Assembly (NCBI RefSeq): GCF_011745625.1
Contig: NW_027191471.1
Coordinates: 186,001-250,000, forward strand
Reading direction: 5' to 3'
Length of the DNA stretch: 64,000 nt
Origin: Cladosporium halotolerans
Lineage: Eukaryota
Below are positions 59,159 to 64,000 of the stretch, in pieces (position 1 is the stretch's first letter; each line of letters starts with the position of its first letter). A model generated the notes under the pieces. That model had not been told where the DNA came from and searched no databases. It saw only the letters and a list, made by a program, of their open reading frames with translations. A program made the translations under genes and the position numbers.

Positions 59159-60604
59159 TCAAAAGCAGAAAATCTGATCCGTCGGCTTCGCAGCCGCCGC
59201 CGGCTCGCGGAAACCAAGCGACACGAGACCCTTCTTCGACGCCGCCACCATGCCCGGCGGACCGCAAAGCATGACCGCAGTCTCGTCCGAGGGCGCGGGG
59301 AGCTTTTCACTCATGACAGCCGGCGTCACATAGCCAGCACCATATGCCCAGTCTTTCGGAGGGCTGTCGAGCATGTACCACAGCTTGAAGTTCTTGGGGT
59401 ATCTTCGCGCGAAGCTCTCCAGTTCTTGTCGGAGCAGGATGTCCTCCTCGGTGCGGTTGGCGTAGATCAGGCTGACTTCCGTCGTGTCGGACTCGTGCTC
59501 GCAGATGGCACGGATCAGCTGGTACATGGGGGTGATGCCGGTGCCGCCTGCGATCATGCCGATTTTCTTGCACATGCCCGGGTGGTACTTCATGGCGCCC
59601 TTGGGGCCGCGGAAGAGGACTTGGTCGCCGATTTCGAGCTTGGCCAGGTATTGGCTTGTGAGCTTTCCGTCGGGGTAGCATTTGACAACGAGTTCCATGC
59701 GGCCCTTGTCGAGGTTGTTGGAGATGGGGGTGTAGGATCGGGAAACTGATTGTCCGTCGACGGTTGCTTTGATAGCCACGTGCTGGCCAATGGGGATTCC
59801 AACGACATCGTCCTGGTTGGGCAGTTTGAAGACAAATCGGTAGACGTTGGGAGCAAGGAGTTCCTTCTCAACCAGGGGAAAAGGCTTGTACTCTTTGGGC
59901 TCAAGGACGCCTCTCTGCGTGTGGGGATCTGCGCGCTTCATCGCGCGAGATGGCATGTAGGGAGGGTACTTCATGAAGCCAGTCTCGATCTCAAGCATCT
60001 TGTTGAGTTTGCTTCCCACGTAGCCAGCCGCAGAAGAGCAAAGCAGAGTGGCGAGGGCGCAGCCTTGCGCAAAGCCGCCGACCCAAGTGTTATGGCTGGA
60101 CGTGGAAGTCCATCGGACACGGTCCATGAGGCGAAGCGAAAAAACAGTGACCAGTTCGCGAGTTTTTGGGTTCGTTGCGGCGAAGCCAACCAGAGTCGCT
60201 CCAAGCACACTGCCGACCAATGTGACCTTGTTTACAGCGGCCTTTTTGGGCGCTGCGGGAGCAGCAGCCTTCTGTGGAATGACGCGCACCTTCTGAGGCT
60301 TTGTCGAAGCAGGCGCGTCTGTAATCTTGCCGATAAGGAATGATTCAAGAATGCCGTCTGCGTCCTCAGAGTGTCCAACATCGTCGTAGGCTTCGGTTGC
60401 ATCTCCTCCAGCAGCGTCAATCAGAAGATCTGCTCCACCGGGATGGTCTCTGACGTATTTTGTGACATCGTAAACTATCTGAAATCAGTGACCGTTCGAG
60501 GATTGATGTGTGACTTGCGGACCTTTGCCCTGGACGATTATCCAGCAATCGTCGCGACTCTTGTGTGTAGCTACCTCAGCCAGGGTGTAACCTTTGCCCT
60601 CCAT
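59159..60604 (-). CDS. Cytochrome b5 - NADH:cytochrome b5 reductase fusion protein; 1 intron
   Basis: Spliced 5' part gives YTLAEVATHKSRDDCWIIVQGKVYDVTKYVRDHPGG...DVGHSEDA, in frame with RSYTP, GMIAGGTGITPM, CGPPGM. Confidence 0.92.
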
Positions 60605-60807
60605 TGTATGGAGATGTGGTGCGCAAGGGATCTGTGATTTCTGTACCGCCTAAAACCGATCTACCCAAACGATATTAAAGAAAGAAAAACTCGTGGCAAA
60701 GGGGCAGGTAATCAACATCACGGAGGACGCCGGTCGCGCCGATATCTACATTTATGCTGGTTGTGCATCGACCTGGACGGCGACATTAGACCGCGCACGC
60801 CGCGCAA

Positions 60808-61199
60808 CCGAGGCCCGACTAAAGGTGAAGAACGGTTGAGGATAGTGGCCTGTGTGCGATGGGGAGCAGGGTTTGTAAGGGTATCTTGCAACGACGCGCT
60901 GTCATGCTCCCGGCCGAGAAGCCGAGTGGATGGCGGAAATCCGGTCGGACTGCCGTCTGCGACTTCATCCCCGAACTGGCCAGACCGAGCGGTTTTGCAC
61001 CCTAATTCGGCGGGCGAAAAGATAGGAGCTCCGATACGAGTAGCCCAGGCATGATCTTGTGAGGTGAGCGCGCGGTCTGTCAGTTATCACAGCCCTGTAG
61101 CAGAGCCGCATGACGCTGGAAGCAGAGAAGAACCTTGAGAACAAAGTTAAAATGCGATGCGCGCGTAAATAAAAAAGGCGTCCAGGGTCGTTGCCGAGG
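60808..61199. promoter_or_regulatory. Two FarA/FarB-type CCGAGG (CCTCGG) sites in a divergent promoter
   Basis: CCGAGG at 60808-60813 and 61194-61199, plus many CGG/CCG triplets. Confidence 0.4.
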
Positions 61200-61411
61200 T
61201 ACATAGATAAGCCAATCAGCTAGCGTCTCGGCCGGTACCTGAGCGTCCACCGAAGGGCGCTATGATATCCGGTCGAAGGAGGGTCGCCGACCGATTTGCC
61301 TCGTACTAGGTAAGATAGGAATTGTGCAAGGCCACTTTTAAGGACTGCAGTCGCCGCTTGGTATGATGCCCGTCCTGCTACCCGTATTGTCGTATTCATC
61401 TTCTCACAATC

Positions 61412-63187
61412 ATGCAGTTTTTCCTCTTGGGTGACCAGTCGTCTTCGAGAGACATCGAAGTCGACGCGAATGGCAGCATCTCTGATCTGCAAGGCCTAGT
61501 CGCCGCTCACTTTGCCATTGTCGAGCCTAAAGGTAAGCGATACCAAGATTCAGGCGCAAGCCTCCCGCCAACCCAAAGAGCTTATACTGACGGCCATCGA
61601 AGGGGTCGGATTTGCCAACACCTCTGGACCTCTCAGCAATATCCAGGACATCTGCTCTTCCAGCGAACCAATTTCCATCACAATCGACGGCCATGCCGTA
61701 CGAGACGCTCCTGGACCTAAAGGACTACCGTACATTGGAAACTACTTCGAAGTCTACCCCGACCACCTGGGCAACCACCAGCGTCTGTTCGAGACCTATG
61801 GACCCTTTATCAAGACTCAGAGTCTCGGTCGCGTCACATACTTGACCAACGACCCTGCGATTGCAGCAGTTGTATTCGCCGAGTCCGACTTTTTCACAAA
61901 GAAGATCAACAAGGACCACCCCTTGTACCCCATCAAGAACCAGGAAGCTGGCGTGTTCCTGGGTGATACCGATACCGAGGCATGGAAGGTCGCACATAAG
62001 TTCCTGCCTCCTGCTCTCGGCCCCAAGGCCGTCCGCCACTATGCCCCTACAATGCAAAAGACCGTCGAGAACGCTTTCAACGTCTTCGACCAGCTCGATG
62101 AAGAGGGCAAAGCCTGGAACGTCTACCACTACATGCTCAAGCTTGGTTCTCAAGCAGTCGGCAAAATCACCCTTGGCATGGACTTCAACCACTTCTCCTC
62201 GCCCAGAGCCTACCCCGATGAGATGATTCGCATCATCGCAGAGTCTCTCGAGTTGAACAAGCAGATTGCATCCAAAGGTGACTGGTACGCTAAGCTGCCC
62301 TTCGGTCCTCCTCAGCGACTGAGGAACCTGGCCGACCGCATGATGGTTCTTGTCGGCGAATCGATCAAGAGGGCTGAGAGCAGCGGCGCACACGATCTGC
62401 CTCTGCAGGATGCCGCTCTGGAGGCATCTAACATGGTCGGTAAGTACACACGCATCATCTCCCGTCCGCGACATAGCAGACACTAACCCCAAGCACAGAC
62501 TACGCCATCCGCGCCACCGACAACAAGGGCGACAAGCTCCCCCGAACCAGCCTCGTAGAAGCCCTCGTCGTCGCCACCGGCGCCGGCTTCACAACGACCA
62601 GCTCCCTCCTCTCCTGGCTCATCTACGGCCTCGTGACCTACCCCGGCATGCAAGAGCGCCTGCTGCAAGAACTCGTCGACGCCGGCGTCGACGAGAACAC
62701 CCAGTTCAACGCCGACGTGACCGACGCCCTCCCCTTCCTCGACAAGTACATCAAGGAGACCCAGCGCCGGCACAACCCGTCCTTCCAGCCCGCGCGCACG
62801 GCCAAGACCGACCTCATCCTGCCCGGCGGCTACCGCGTGCCCGCCGACGCCGTCGTCATCCCCGCCCTGCACCACATCCACAACAACCCGGCGCTCTGGG
62901 ACAACCCCGCGACGTTCAACCCGGACCGCTGGGACACGGAGGCGGTCAAGAACAGGCACAAGGCGGCGTACATCCCGTTCGCGACGGGCAAGCGCATGTG
63001 CATCGGGTTCAACTTCGCGCTGCAGGAGGTCAAGATTTTCCTGCCCAAGCTGCTGTGGAGGTACAAGTTCGTGCGCGAGGAGAGCGGCACGATCGAGTAC
63101 GATCCGATGTTCCAGCTGATCCGGCCGAACAACCTGTACGTGCGCGCGGAGAGGCGCGTCAAGTGGCCGCCGCGGTCGGAGGCGTGA
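61412..63187 (+). CDS. Cytochrome P450 without an N-terminal membrane anchor (CYP540-like); 2 introns
   Basis: PGPKGLPYIGN, AGFTTT I-helix, KETQR (ExxR), FNPDRW, PFATGKRMCIG heme motif; introns about 61533-61602 and 62440-62498. Confidence 0.9.
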
Positions 63188-63761
63188 GGTGGTGGATGGG
63201 CATCGTTCGGGAGGGCGGAGTTTGTGCTATAGTGTATGATACCACTTTTGCTTGTATTAATCAGCTTCCATCGGAGTTTCTCCTTGCTTGTGTCTCTGAA
63301 GTATTCCATTCCTATTAAATCTGCGTTGGTAACGTCAATGGGGGCTTTGGCATCACGGTTTTCCCATTTCTCTGTTGCAATCACATTTCTTAAGATGACT
63401 GACGTGTCTAATGACCGTGTATGAGTGACTGCCAGATTCACGGCAATGAAGCGACTTGTTGAGAATCCGTTCTCGTAGAGAGAAGCGAACGCGGGTATAA
63501 AAAGAACTTTGAGATCCATGAAAAGGGTGAGAGATGGTAGATGCGATGAAGATGGGGTCAGAACAATTTTTACCATGTCCGAGATGGCATTATTAAGATA
63601 TTACGAGATGTAGATGTATGCATGTACTTTCTTCGTGGCCGCCTCAGCGACCTGGCGCGTCCCAAATCCTGCCCACCCCGTCGTCCAATCGCAGTGGTAT
63701 CAAAACCCCCAAAACGCCGCGCTAAATCAATCGTGCAAAACCTTCAGAGATCGACCACTGA

Positions 63762-64000
63762 TCACTTCCTGCTAGCCCTGCTCGCCTTCGAGCCCGACCG
63801 GCTCAGCATGCCATTACCCGTGCTCTTGAAGCTCTCGCGCGTGTTGACGCGGTCAAGATCGAACGGGTTGCCCTCGTAGCTCATCTTCCTCGTGACCTGG
63901 TGCTGCGGCCTGCTCTGCGTGGGGCGGATGGGCGCGAAACCCTCCGCAGCGCGCGGCTCGGACTCGTACGAGTAGTCGAGCGCCTCCTGCTCGGCGGACT
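63762..64000 (-). CDS. 3' end of a gene entering from beyond the window (product unassigned)
   Basis: Open GC3-rich frame ...RKMSYEGNPFDLDRVNTRESFKS...ASRK* with stop at 63762-63764. Confidence 0.65.
   Translation of the reverse strand, partial: SAEQEALDYSYESEPRAAEGFAPIRPTQSRPQHQVTRKMSYEGNPFDLDRVNTRESFKSTGNGMLSRSGSKASRASRK

Noticed and set aside
1..64000. Transposons or RIP-degraded AT-rich blocks
   Set aside because: No transposase, RT or integrase motifs, terminal repeats or extended AT-rich tracts seen

Overview
Gene-dense, intron-containing filamentous ascomycete DNA (GT-AG introns with CTRAC branch points; probably a Dothideomycete, an inference only). It holds about 29 protein-coding genes, mostly conserved ones (AidB-like acyl-CoA dehydrogenase, IML2, glutaredoxin, MFS transporter, GH28, Zn2Cys6 factor, epoxide hydrolase, MDM1, MAK21, mitochondrial ProRS, F-box, p24, complex I ESSS subunit), plus two identical intron-containing tRNA-Ala(AGC) genes in inverted orientation about 19.7 kb apart. 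The best leads are three. (1) A tandem pair of small secreted-peptide genes at 36.1-37.2 kb, missed or only partly caught by the ORF track; they share an intron position and a KxxGTTxDRxGFxWH motif, and one is a Kex2-type repeat precursor. (2) A NACHT-ankyrin NLR with an N-terminal HET-s-like amyloid motif and a basic NLS but no clear adjacent effector. (3) A divergent pair of a cytochrome b5/b5-reductase fusion and an anchor-less P450, with FarA-type sites between them. Exon boundaries were read by eye and all family calls come from motif recognition, not database searches.
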